From assembly GCF_006345805.1 (NCBI RefSeq), contig NC_043001.1, forward strand, positions 69,626,001 to 69,690,000: a stretch of 64,000 nucleotides of DNA, read 5' to 3'. How positions within the stretch are numbered: the stretch's first letter is position 1; every line of letters begins with the position of its first letter. This DNA is from Octopus sinensis (taxonomy: Eukaryota). Below the pieces are notes generated by a model. It made no database searches. It was given only the letters and a program-made list of their open reading frames with translations, and had not been told where the DNA came from. Made by a program: the position numbers and the translations under genes. This document shows, one piece after another, positions 38,670 to 51,635 of this stretch.

Positions 38670-39365
38670 GGGGAAAATAGGATTAATATATGTTTGGCTC
38701 TATGAATTTAATTTTTTAAATTAATGTCCGGTTCGATGAATTTAGTTTTTTAAATTAATGTTCGACTCTATGAATTTAATTTCTTAAAAAGGATTTCATC
38801 AATTGCTTCATACAAGAAAAAAGAAATTGGTAAAATCCTGACCAAACAGAGAAATTCTAACAAAACAAAAAATATAGAAAGAGAAAATTGCGTTTATTTC
38901 CACAACGCAAGACTTATCACACACACACGCATACGGACAATCATACATTCATATATATAGAGAGAGGTTTCGATACTTCGAACATATCTTCACATCTTTC
39001 GAATAATGGATTTGCTCGCAAGATATAAACATTTATGAGAGTAGTGGCATTCCCTCTATAGAGTCTTTCAATGTGTGTGTATCTCTTAGTTTTTGTTTAC
39101 TCATGCACATCAAGGAATGAGCTAACTGAACAACTGTGTGGTTGTCCAATTTGCTACAATTAACAGCCAAATCTCTCTCATACTATGCTCTTGTTAGTAT
39201 TACGGAAAGGTAAAAACAGGATTAATATATTTCATTTTGTTCGGCTATATTAATTTAATACTTTTTAAAAGCTTTCGTCCATTACTTGATGCAAGAAAAA
39301 AATTGGAACACTCCTGACCAATACAGAGAAACTGTAACTTAACAAAAATATAGAAAGAGAAAGAA
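38670..39365 (+). repeat. Diverged direct repeat (38670-38887 and 39210-39365) with internal 34-bp tandem triplication
   Basis: Shared caagaaaaa...tcctgaccaa...cagagaaa...aaaaatatagaaagaga; the unit atgttyggctctatgaatttaattttttaaatta occurs three times at about 38690-38790. Confidence 0.75.
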
Positions 39366-39861
39366 AAGTTGCATTCGAAAGCCAAAAGATGGTTTTTAGC
39401 TGAGGTGTAATTTTTTAATTAAAACAAATTCAAAATTTAAATATCTGGTTTATGGCCGAATTCAAATGGGTAGATGTCCTAAAACAAATGTGTGTGTATG
39501 AGTTCGTGTGTGGATGTGTTTGTGTGTGCGTGTGTGTGTGTGTGGCTAGGCCTTTAAAAGCCAGGGGTCAATAACAGTTCAATAGTAGAAAGGAATTCAA
39601 ATAGTTATTATCTGCATCCTATCACTCTTTCTCTTTCTCTCTCACTTCCTCTCTGCCTTGCTTGACCCACACCTCAAATTTAAGTATCTTAATTTTCTCA
39701 TTAAGATCGTTGTTGCATCGGTGGTTGTTTCAAATCTCTTCCAGAAATTACTAGAAAGAGATCTAGCTAAATATTTTATTTAAGCAGCAAATTTTCTTTC
39801 AAAACTTTCTTTCTCTTAAGCGTGACACACGCGTCAGGTACGTACGAAAAACTAATTGGAA

Positions 39862-39910
<49 letters not shown>

Positions 39911-39911
<1 letters not shown>

Positions 39912-41063
39912 TATGTTTAACTTTTGCTTTATGTCTGTACAAGTTGGGTCCAAGTCTCACCCAGAGACCTCAAGAGACAACAGGTTGGAAGTTCTGTGCC
40001 ATATATTTGGGTTTTTTTTGTGTCGTACTAGTGAATGTCTAATACATAAAATAAATAAATAAATAAATAAATAAATAAAAGTTTGTTTTGAACCTTGGGA
40101 TTACATAGAGAGTATTTTGCGTAGGATATGAGCAGTTCCCATGAGCACTATCTTTTGAATTTCTGCCATTTTGGGGTTTCCTGGTATCTGAGTTAGGTAG
40201 GAATCAGTCCCTTTCGCTATCATTCCTAGGGCACCTATGACAACAGGTATTGTTTTAGTCTTCAGCTTCCACATTTTGCTGATTTCTATTTCAAGGTCTT
40301 TATATTTGCTCAGTTTTTGGTAGGTCTTGACAGATACGTTTATATCGTTTGGGACCGTCATATCAATGAGGAGGAATGTTCTTTGTCTGAAGTCTTTCAA
40401 TATAATGTCTGGCCTATTTGCATCTATCGTTCTGTCAGTTTGAATGGTGAAGTTCCAGAGCAGTGAGATGTGGTCATTTTCCAGCACTGGAAGTGGATTG
40501 TGTTCCCACCAGTTTTGTTTCATGGGGCAAATCCAGGTTTTTGCAAATTACCCAGTGAATATATTGTGCAGCTCTATCATGCCTGTTGAGGTACTCTGTA
40601 GGCACTAGAAGACTGCATTTGGAGACAACATGATCAATGGTTTCATTTTCTTGTCGGCATACACGACATGTTGGGCTACTGCCGTTCTTTAATATGTTGG
40701 CCTGGTAGTTTCTTGTTGGTAGGCATTGATCTTGGGCTGCTATGATAAACCCCTCTGTTTCAAATTTTAAGCCAGAGGCCATTAGCTATTTATTGGTCAG
40801 GACTTTGTCAACATCTGCATTATTCGATCTCTTTGGGTATTTACTATAGAGAGGTTTTCTTGCCATTTATTATTCAGAATATCTAAGGCCGCAGTTTTGG
40901 CACGGGTTTTCATGCGCCTAGCTTTTTCTGTGCTTGTTTCTTGTTTGTCTATCTCTAATTCCGAAATTGGTTGTATTCGGAATTCACTTAGATATTCCTT
41001 TGCCTGTTTTGATACTGATGCTTTCTTGTTTTCATGTTTTGAGACAAGTTTTAACATCCAGTT
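39911..41063 (-). mobile_element. 5'-truncated R4/Dong element (family B)
   Basis: GLKFETEGFIIAAQDQ, CRVC...ETIDHVVSKC, RHD, RPDII...IDMTVP...KLSKYKDL; 3' end at a (TAA)n tail on the element strand. Confidence 0.93.
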
Positions 41064-41067
41064 ATAA

Positions 41068-41098
<31 letters not shown>

Positions 41099-41151
41099 GT
41101 CATCATCATCATCATCATCATCGTCGTCGTCGTCGTCGGCATCATAATCAC

Positions 41152-41213
<62 letters not shown>

Positions 41214-41245
41214 CCACCACCACCACCATCATCATCATCCCCCCC

Positions 41246-41279
<34 letters not shown>

Positions 41280-41289
41280 TCATCATCAT

Positions 41290-43857
41290 TCAGTAGTTTT
41301 ATTTTTATAGCGTGCTTTCACTTCACTACCGAGCGCAGCTCTGTGTGCATTAGGTATGTGCTGTGATTTGTTGTGATGCTCTGATGGTTATTGTATGGAA
41401 AGTGTTCTGCCTAGGATGTGTGCAGTGCCTAGTAGTGCAATTTTCTGTATGTTATATGTGTTTGTAAGTCCTGGTGTTTTTGTTATGTATTTGTCTGAAT
41501 ATTTTTTTATCATGCCTAATGATAGGAATTGTTTCTGTTTTTAGATTCCACATTCTGGTTACCTCTATTTCCAGGTCTTTGTATTATGAAAGTTTCTCCA
41601 TTTCTTTTAGAGACACGTTGTCATCTGCCGGTATTGATACATCAATTAGAAAGCATGTTTTTTCTTCATGATCTCTGACAACTATATCTGGTCCGTTGGC
41701 CTTAATTTCTCTATCTGTGTGTATCGGCATATCCCAGAGTATGGTTGCTTTCTCGTTTTCTGTGACCTTTTCTGTTGTGTGCCTATACCATCTTTTTTCT
41801 GTTGTTATTCCATAATGTTGGCATAGCTTCCAGTGTATGTAGGTTCCAACTCTGTCATGTCTGTGAATATATTCCTTCTTAGCCAGGACTGGGCAGCCAG
41901 AGATAATATGATTTATTGTTTCTTGTCCATCTCCACATATTCTGCAGTTACTTGTTATATTTCTTTTCATTACATGTTTTTGGTAATTTCTGATAGGGAG
42001 GCTTTGGTATTGTGCTGCAATTAAAAATCCCTCTGCCTCTGCTTTGAGTCCTGAGCTTCTCAACCATTGCTGGGATTTTTCTTTGTCTATTTCTTTTGCG
42101 TTTAGTTTAGTCCAGTATTTACCATGAAGGGGCTTTTCTTGCCATCGTTTTATCATGGTTCATTGCTGTTCAGTTTTTAGCTTGGATTTCATTTGTTTTA
42201 TAGCTTTTGTTGTTTCGTCATCTTCTTCTTCTTCTTCTTCATATTTTTAAGTCGTATTATTTCTTGTTTGTATTTTCAGCTTCCTTAAATACTGAGAACA
42301 GTTTTTTGTTTTGCTCGTGTTTTGCCGCTATTTGTATCAGTTTTCCTTCTTTCTGAAGTAGATATTTTTGCAGTCCTATGGTGGTTATTTTATAGTAGTT
42401 TTCCAGTTGTATAAGGCCTCTACCACCTTCTATACGTTGTATATATAGTCTTTCTATGTCAGATTTTGGGTCATGCATCCTAGATCCTGTCATTATTTTT
42501 CTTGCTTTCCTATCTATTTTGGTCAGTTCATTTAGTGTCCAGTTAAGGATATTGTAGCTGTAGCTTATAACTTGGACAGCTAAAGTGTTAATACCTATTA
42601 TCTTGTGTTTAGCATTGAGCTCTGTTTTTAGTATTTATCTAACTCGTCTATAATATTCTTGTTTTATTTTCTCTTTCATTTGTGTGTGTTGTGTCTTATC
42701 TAGTTCATAGATTCCTAAGTATTTGTAAGTTTGGCTTTGGTCTAATTCTTTTATTTCATTGGTTTTATCTAGTGTGATGTTGCTACTCTTAACTAGTTTT
42801 CCTCTTTTCAGTGTTACTTTGGCGCATATTTCTAATCCAAATTTCATATATATTTCTTTGGTAAATCCATGAACTGTTTTTAATAGTGTTTCCAGCTGTT
42901 TGTCATTTGCAGCGTATAGTTTTAGGTCATCCATATATAAAAGGTGACTGATCGTTTTGCCGTAACCAGTTCTATTTAGCATATCAGATAGAGGTGACAG
43001 TGCCAAGCAGAAAAGGAGTGAAGAGAGAGTGTTTCCCTGGAATATTCCTCTTTTATATTGGATGGCTGTGGTTTTCATGAGTCCCTCTTTTGTTTGGAGC
43101 TGTAGCACGTTTGCCATTTATTCATAGAGTGCCCAATGAATTTTATATGGGTTGGTGCTACTTTGTTAATGGTTAGTGTTTCGAGGATTCATGTGTGGGG
43201 GATACTATCAAACACCTTTTTGTAATCGATCCAGGCCATACTGAGGCCTTTCTTCTTTCTGTGGCTGTCTTCAGTTATAGCTTTATTAATCATTAGTTGA
43301 ACTTTACAGCCATATGAGCCTTTGCGGCATCTTTTCTGCTCTTCTGGAAACAGGTTGTTTTCGTCCAGGTGCTTGTTCAACCTTTGCGTTATCACTGCAG
43401 TAAATGCCTTGTACATCGTAGGGAGACATGTTATTGGTCTGTAGTTTTCTGGTTTTGCTATCTCATTTGATTTGGGAATTAAGATGGTTTTCCCCATCGT
43501 GAGCTGTTCAGGCATTGTCTCTGGCCCTGCTAGCATGCTGTTAAAGTTTTCAGCCAGCTTTTTGTGCATTCCTGTTAGATATTTTAACCAGGAGTTGGGG
43601 ATCTTGTCATGCCCAGGTGCCTTCCAGTTGCTTAGTCTTTGTAGTGCCTGGGTGACCTCTTCAGTTGTTATGGGGGTCCAAAGTTGCTCAGATGCTAAGT
43701 TTGTTGTTTTGATATTTCTTTTTTTTGGTTGTTCGTTCGCCGACCATATTTCTCTCCAGAATTCTTCCACTTCTTCTGCCGTTGGTGCTGCAGTGATTTC
43801 TATTTTATTTTTGCCAAGTTCTTGGTAGAACTTTTGGGGGTTGGAGTTGAACTTTTG
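41290..43857 (-). mobile_element. 5'-truncated R4/Dong element (family A, second copy)
   Basis: Highly similar to 30560-33285 in reverse complement; RT, CCHC and RLE motifs; 3' end at (TGA)n, 5' end at (TAA)n. Confidence 0.95.
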
Positions 43858-43878
43858 TTATTATTATTATTATTATTA

Positions 43879-43941
<63 letters not shown>

Positions 43942-43953
43942 ATTATTATTATT

Positions 43954-44026
<73 letters not shown>

Positions 44027-44028
<2 letters not shown>

Positions 44029-44740
44029 TTCTTTGCACACCCTCTGACGCTGCAGATGTACTACAGCGTCAGCTGTTCAGTACCAGTGATCTAAGAGAAC
44101 ATCTCTTATATTTCGAGCACCTTCCGGAGTATTTGAGTGTTTCCAAGCAGTGCTGTTTTCTGCAAGTGCTCCACCCTTATCAATGATCTGACAGTATTTG
44201 TCTCTGTTATTCAATATGAAAATATCCGGCCGACGGTGTTTGCTTACACGATCCGTCCGAAAATCATTATACCAGAGTATCGTTACTCTTCCATCCCTAT
44301 GTATATCTTTACTTGGTATATGGTCATACCAGTTCTCTGTTACTTCATATTGGTATTTACGGCATAAGAGACAATGGAGTTACACACACTTTATCGTGGC
44401 GGCGTTTGTATTCTTTATGTGCAAGACTCTCACATCCACTTACCAAGTGGGTTACATTTTCCACACTCTTTACCTCTGAGTTTGCATATCTGGGTGTCAT
44501 AACTTTTATAGATGTTATACTTCACTGAATTGGTAGCGAGAACCTGAACTTGTGCAGCAATGATCAGGCTTTCGGTGGTATGCTTCAGATCACTTCGCTC
44601 AAGCCATGCCCACGATTCTGTATTATCCTTAACGTCCTGTGTATTCCTTTCAAACTGTCCATACATTCTCATTTCAAGGTGTTCTTTCTCTTCTCCTCAT
44701 CTCTTTGGTTAAAGTCTTCCTTGCCCATAATTTCATCTGC
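44027..44740 (-). mobile_element. Old 5'-truncated R4/Dong element (family C)
   Basis: MYGQF...SWAWLERSDLKHTTESLIIAAQ, RHDKV, RTDRVSKHRRPDI, LQKTALLGNTQILRKVL; (TAA)n flanks. Confidence 0.88.
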
Positions 44741-44815
44741 ATTATTATCATTTTTATTATTACTGTTATCATTATTATTGTTACTTTTATCATTGTTATC
44801 ATCATCAATATTATT

Positions 44816-44846
<31 letters not shown>

Positions 44847-44903
44847 TCATTATTATTATTACTATTATTATTATTATTATTGTTATTCTTCTTCTTCTTC
44901 TTC

Positions 44904-44958
<55 letters not shown>

Positions 44959-45905
44959 CATTATGCATTTATTTACGTTCACTTATATATGAACAGACAC
45001 ACACACATGCGCACATACTCACTCTATAGTACAAACATACAAAGAGAAAGTTAGAAATGTAGCAAGAGTGAGAGAAAGGAATGAGAGAGAAACAGAAGAC
45101 AAACACGCAAACAGAGACAGGTATATAGTGAGGTTAACTGATTGATTAAGAGAGGCGAAGAAGCTAACAGGCATACATACATTACACACACACACACACA
45201 AACGCACAAACGAACACACACACACAAAACACACAACACAAACATATAATATTTTGGCAGATATAAAGAAATAGAACTAAACAGGGCATCGGCTTGTTGT
45301 TTGCATGAAGTGCATCACTCTTGTCTCAACTTTTCTCTAAGTAACAAAGAAAAGACAACAAATCAAAGAGGCAACATATAAGTATATAAGATATAAACGC
45401 AGAGGAGAAATGCTACATCAAATATGATTTCTCTGAAGGCTTCTGACAATGGAGAACAGTATACAATGAAAATATCACGACAGCATTGAAGAATTCACGA
45501 GAGGAACAGATGACGTGTGTCGTAGCAGACGTCTGAGAAAACTGTATTCCAGTCAATGGTAATGGAAAAATAAAACATGACTTTGATAAAGATGCTCGTT
45601 AACAATAAACAGAAAATACGAGTTATTATTACTAGTAAAGTATTTTTGATTATATTTATATCAAGTCTGATAAAAAAACAAAACATTTGTGAACGGTATT
45701 CTAATTGTAACCTTACGTTTTGTATTTTTATACTTACAAAGATTTAAAATACATTGTTCATTTCGATTTAGGGGTAGACAGGGAGCTGGATGTTATCTCG
45801 ACCAATTCGCTCGAATACGTTGACTCGTATTTCAGAAATAAACAAAGAAAATCGATTAAGGTGTTAGCCAGTAAAAATTCTTTAACAGGAAGAAAAGAAA
45901 TGAGG

Positions 45906-45988
<83 letters not shown>

Positions 45989-46589
45989 TTAAACAACTGT
46001 AAAATCTGATTGCCTTGATTCCAGATGGACATACAGTCTGTGTTTTGATTGTATTTTGTTGTCATAAAACCATAGAACTTTGCAAAATGTAGTTATTTTT
46101 GCTGCTATTAAATACAAGATTATTGTATTTCGTGAATTAACAATAGAGCTGGAAATGTCAGCTACTTTACTTTGTACTACAACCACTGTACACACATAAT
46201 CATTAAACAGAACATTATAAAAATAATATTACTATTGTAAGTTAATGTTTATACGTTACATGTCTTTGGTTTCCGGTACAGCCAAAATGTACGCATCTTC
46301 AAAAACGTATTCTATTATAGCTCCTGGCTGTAAATGTGTTGTGAATGAATTTGATAGACAGATATTATGAGCACATGTGTGTGCGTGTGCGCCGTCAATG
46401 GCACGCACGTCTTTGGCTTTGTAGTTGTCACTCCACTACCGTTGGACAACTAGTGTTGATTATATACCCGTGAATTAGTGTTTCGATAAAAACTAATAAT
46501 ATAAGTATCAAACTTAAAAGACTGAGGACCGGGATCGATTTGCTCGTCTAAAAAAAAGATCGACAGAGGTGTTCCATGTTGACAATTCA

Positions 46590-46902
46590 CTCTATCGGTC
46601 ACTTTGGCAAAATACCTTGTTACAGGGACGTAGACATATCATCAGCGGATGCCAAGCGGTGACGGTGGAGACAAACGCACACACAAAGGCGCGCTCACAC
46701 ACACACAAACACACACACACACACACGCATATATAAGACGGTCACGGACTTCTTTCAGTTTCCTGCGACCAAATCTATTCTCAAGGCTTTGGTCGGCTCG
46801 AGGCCATAGGAGAAGATACATGCCCAAGATACCACATACTGGGTCTGAACCCGATACCATTTGGTTGAGAGGTAAGCTTCTTACCACACAGCTGCTCCTG
46901 CG
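46590..46902 (-). mobile_element. SINE of the 34410 family (a partial opposite-strand copy lies at about 46430-46555)
   Basis: cttcttaccacacagctgctcctgcg, accaaatctattctcaaggctttggtcgg, internal (CA)n. Confidence 0.8.
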
Positions 46903-46921
46903 TCTCTCTCTCTCTCTCCCC

Positions 46922-46965
<44 letters not shown>

Positions 46966-47157
46966 CATATATATATATATACACATAGATATATATACAT
47001 ATATATACATATATATATATACATATCTATATATATATATGCATATATATATACATATACATATACATATATATACATACACATATATGCATATATACAT
47101 ATACATACATATATATATATATACATATCTTTATATATATATATACATATACATATC

Positions 47158-47218
<61 letters not shown>

Positions 47219-47252
47219 ACGTATATATATATACGTATATATATATATACAC

Positions 47253-47283
<31 letters not shown>

Positions 47284-47504
47284 ATATATATATAATATAT
47301 ATATATATACATATATATTCATATGTATATATATACATGTATATATATTATATAATATATATATATATATAATATATATATATATACGTATATATATATA
47401 TACCGGAGTAAGCACATAAATCTGAAAAAGGTGGAAAAAGAGTACTCAAACACCAATGGTAGAGTAATATGCTGTAATTTGAAGCAGCAGAAATATAATA
47501 AAAG

Positions 47505-47542
47505 CTGTTACTCAGAGTTTCAAATTCCTGTTCGGCGGACAG
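47505..47542 (-). ncRNA. Degenerate hammerhead motif, same family as 3378-3414
   Basis: Minus strand: ctgt-CCGCCGA-acaggaattt-GAAA-ctctgag-TA-acag. Confidence 0.55.
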
Positions 47543-48629
47543 TTTTGTTAAAATAAAACAGAAATAACAATATGATCAGAACTAGTTAAATGATACACTT
47601 TTAAATATGGATTTGTTTCATTGGTCCTTTCAAATAACGGTCTTGAGCATGCGATAAACAAATAAACAAAATAAATGAATTCAATATAATTTATAAATTA
47701 TAAAAATCGAGGGGAAATCCTTAAATGGAAGAGCAGATTCAAAATACATATTGTCATTAATTATATATGTAATTTAATTCGATTAATACAATTAATATAT
47801 TAAAAATTTAAATATTTCACAACAGTATATACGCGGTGCCCCAGCATGGCCACAGCTCATGAGCTGAAACTGGAAAAATCAAAAATCATACTAAACCATC
47901 AATATACATATATACATTAAAATACACAGATGGATATTCACAGACCACATACATATGCAGACATATATATACAAAACATAAATATACAAGCAAATACACA
48001 TATGCGTATGTATACGTAATGTTGCGCGCATTTAAAAATCACTTGGTGTATACATATAGACCAGTAGTAAAACGCAGATAGGGGGAAGAAAAAGAAAACG
48101 AAAAGGTATTGATCTTATAAAGCAACAGTTAGCTAAAAAAAGTGAGTAAGAAAAGAGGAGGGGGCGTAAAGTTACAGAACTCTATGCAAGTAACGAATAG
48201 GAGGAGAAAAATATTTTTCCTTAACGAAAGAAAAGAAAAAAGAAAGAAGTCTGAATATGTGTACCGAACGTATACAAAACAAAATTACGTACGCATGTGT
48301 ATATAAAAGTGTATATTAGCATTAAATACAAACATAAGAACAAATATATAAAAATTTATAGACATAAGTACGTAAATACACACCCACAGATACCTTCAAA
48401 ATTTCTGTCCTCCTGCTTCAAGCAGAAAGAAAGTTTAATAAAGCGGCAATATGCCTTACTTTTAAAGGCAGAAGGAGAATGTTTCGTGATATATTTTAAT
48501 ATAATCTACAATCTAAGCTCAAATCGCACAATGACCAATTTCGCATTTCGTGGTGAGTTGTAATATATATATAAGAAATTTTAAAAAGAAAATACGCACA
48601 CTTTACACACCTTTAAATTAATTTTTACT

Positions 48630-48665
48630 ATATCGACCTGGTTTCGCTTTCGCTATTCATGATAT
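48630..48665 (-). ncRNA. Minimal hammerhead motif with A3-U8 covariant core
   Basis: Minus strand: atatc-ATGAATA-gc-GAAA-gc-GAAA-cc-a-gg-TC-gatat. Confidence 0.68.
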
Positions 48666-49051
48666 TACGGTTTACTTATTTGAATATGTATTTTCTTAAG
48701 AAGAAATTTTGTCCATATTGTGTGTGATGATATTTACGAGTGAATAGACTTCACAAGTACAAAAACAAGGGGAGGTAATTGGTCATCGTTATTATTGTTC
48801 TTGTTGTGGGCAAAGGAGATAACAGTTCAGTTTTCGATAAGGGGAGGGGAATATATGTGTACAGACAAAAAAAAAAAAGGTTTCGAAAAACATGGTGTAC
48901 ATAAATCCCCTCAATAAACAAATTGTTCGAAACCTTTTTTTTTTGTCTGTACATATATATTCCTCTCCCCCTTAGCGAAAGCTGAACAGTTATCTCCCTT
49001 ACCCACATGAACAAAATTGCTTATTAAAATACATATTCAAATAATTAAACC

Positions 49052-49086
49052 ATATCATGAATAGCGAGAGCGAAACCGGTCAATAT
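49052..49086 (+). ncRNA. Minimal hammerhead motif with A3-U8 covariant core
   Basis: atatc-ATGAATA-gc-GAGA-gc-GAAA-CCGG-TC-aatat; palindromic stem III. Confidence 0.66.
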
Positions 49087-49145
49087 ATTAAAATTTATAT
49101 TAAAAGTATTTAAAGTGTGTATTTTCCTCTTTAATTTCTTATATA

Positions 49146-49294
<149 letters not shown>

Positions 49295-49682
49295 ATATAT
49301 ATTATATATATATATCTATATATATATGTATGTATATATATACATATATATATATATAGACTTAATAAGTGGTTAAAGTAGCCTCATTAACAGACAAAAA
49401 TATCCAATGAATTACTGTTTCATTGCCTAGTATTTTTTGTGAATGCTGATATTTATAAAATATAGGTCCAAATAAAAAGTTTGGTTTATAAATATTCAAG
49501 AGAAAATTCAAAAAATCACGATGTAGCAACTATATTATTAATCGACTGCAAAATGCCAACATATTCTTTTACAGCTGTTTTGCATAAGGATTAAATTACA
49601 ATAATTAAACAAAATAATATCCAGTGTGTTGCGATAATTTGAAAACACAACACCCAATAACATTATGGTATATCTTTTCTAC

Positions 49683-49776
49683 TGCTTCGATGAAATTTTG
49701 CCTTATACAATGATTAATTATTTTACATATATATATACACATACACACGCACACTCATGTATATATGTATATTTAA

Positions 49777-49836
<60 letters not shown>

Positions 49837-49904
49837 ATCTATCTAATACAATAATTTAATTATTGTAATTTAATGTTTAAGCAAAATTGAAACAGCTGTA
49901 AGAG
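49683..49904 (+). ncRNA. Degenerate hammerhead motif with microsatellites inside stem-loop II
   Basis: TCGATGA-aattttgc (49694-49701)...gcaaaatt (49881-49888)-GAAA-CAGCTG-TA-agag; an inverted copy of the 3' part lies at about 49530-49610. Confidence 0.55.
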
Positions 49905-50013
49905 AATATGTTGGAGTTTTGCAGTTAATAAATTATATTAATACTGCATCTCCAATAACTGAATTTTTTTCACTCTCTCCCTCCCTCTCTCTCTCTCTTT
50001 CTCTCTCTCTCTC

Positions 50014-50045
<32 letters not shown>

Positions 50046-51635
50046 CGTGTATATATATACACACACACATACATACATACATACATACAAGCATATGCAT
50101 ATGTATATTTATCTATCTCTATTTATATGTGTGTATGTGGGGCGGGGGTGTAAAATGAATGAATAATGACATATTATTTAGAAAATGTTATATTGACACG
50201 TATGTCATATACATGGAAGAAAGACTTGATGTTTTAATAAATCATTAATATATACAGAAATACTACTAAAATAATTTAAAATCCGATTAAATTTGTATTA
50301 GTAATTAATTTTCTGAGTTAATATCTAAATAGCAAATATGATTATAATAGTGACGATACTTACAAATGCATTCAATTACCTCAAATATGAGATTGACTGG
50401 AATGGTGCATCTGGAAAATTAAAAATTTATGTTGTATTATTGAAATAATAGACGTTCAAATCAGTATTTAATAAAAATAATTCAAATACAGGAGTGAAAT
50501 TTTTGTTGTAATTAAGAAAAGAAATACGACTTTTCATGAAATAGTCAATAGTGTACCGTTTAAAAATAGTCATGATGTACTGTTTAAAAATATAGGTATT
50601 TGCAGTTTGGATCACACGTAACCTATTAGTTTATACATATGTTCAGGAACACAAGCTGATATGTAGTTCATGAAATATTAACAAGTCCCCACTTAAGATT
50701 CTTAATGTTACATGAAATTGAGGGGAAAGTAACAGAAAGTTGCATGTTCATTCTCATATTTTTATTCAGATAATCTTCAGAACATGGATATATGTGACAA
50801 AAAAGCAGGGTAACATGTTATAAGCATGATGATACGTGAATATATATAATACGTATAACTGTGTGAGACCAAAGTACTAATACGAACACATACATATATA
50901 TACACACTCACATGCAAATAGAAGTGTTTCTTATTCTGGTGTCTATCTGTCTGTCTATCTATCTATCTATCTTTCTATCTGTCTGCCTGTTTCTCTATAC
51001 ATATATATATATATATACGCACACTCACATGCATACGCACACGCATACATATATACATACATACGAACGTACATACTTACATACATACATACATACTTAT
51101 ATACTTACATATATACATACATACATACATACTTACAGAAAATGATAGACAGATCAAGGAAGATCGTCACTGCAAGATGTCACTGCAAGCAAGCATCCTG
51201 TAGGAATGATTAATAAATATTTTAAATAGTGAAATAGTTTATATTAAAATATAACTAATTCTGTTTAAATTACTCTACTCTTCAAGTGGTCGAGAATGAA
51301 TACAAAGCATCTGTCTGCAGTTGTAAAGTCTATTGAGAAAATTACTATTAAAATTTAAGCGCTCGAAAATATATCTAATTTTAAACATAATATCCACATT
51401 AACACCACTACGTTTCATTATAACACGTTAATTTTCTTAGTTTTATAAATTTAGTAGCCACATTAAAATATAGTCGAGCGTTTAATGGCTGTGTTAAAGC
51501 ATTCTATCAGGTGCTCTTAAACTTCTTCGATCTTAATTTTACAGTGGCCGGTATTTTGGCGTTTGAGCTAAACAAATAATCTTAATGTAATAAACTCCAG
51601 CCACTATAGGTTTTATACGAGTAATTTATTTTCAT

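Larger units (their letters stand above)
48565..49145. mobile_element. Large fold-back element between TA tracts with a variant hammerhead on each arm
   Basis: The arms match across about 230 bp (ggagataacagttcag/ctgaacagttatctcc; gtacagacaaaa/ttttgtctgtac); the left arm has about 90 extra bp; central loop about 40 bp. Confidence 0.85.

Noticed and set aside
38690-38790. CRISPR-like array
   Set aside because: Three contiguous 34-bp units without unique spacers, no cas genes, eukaryotic context.
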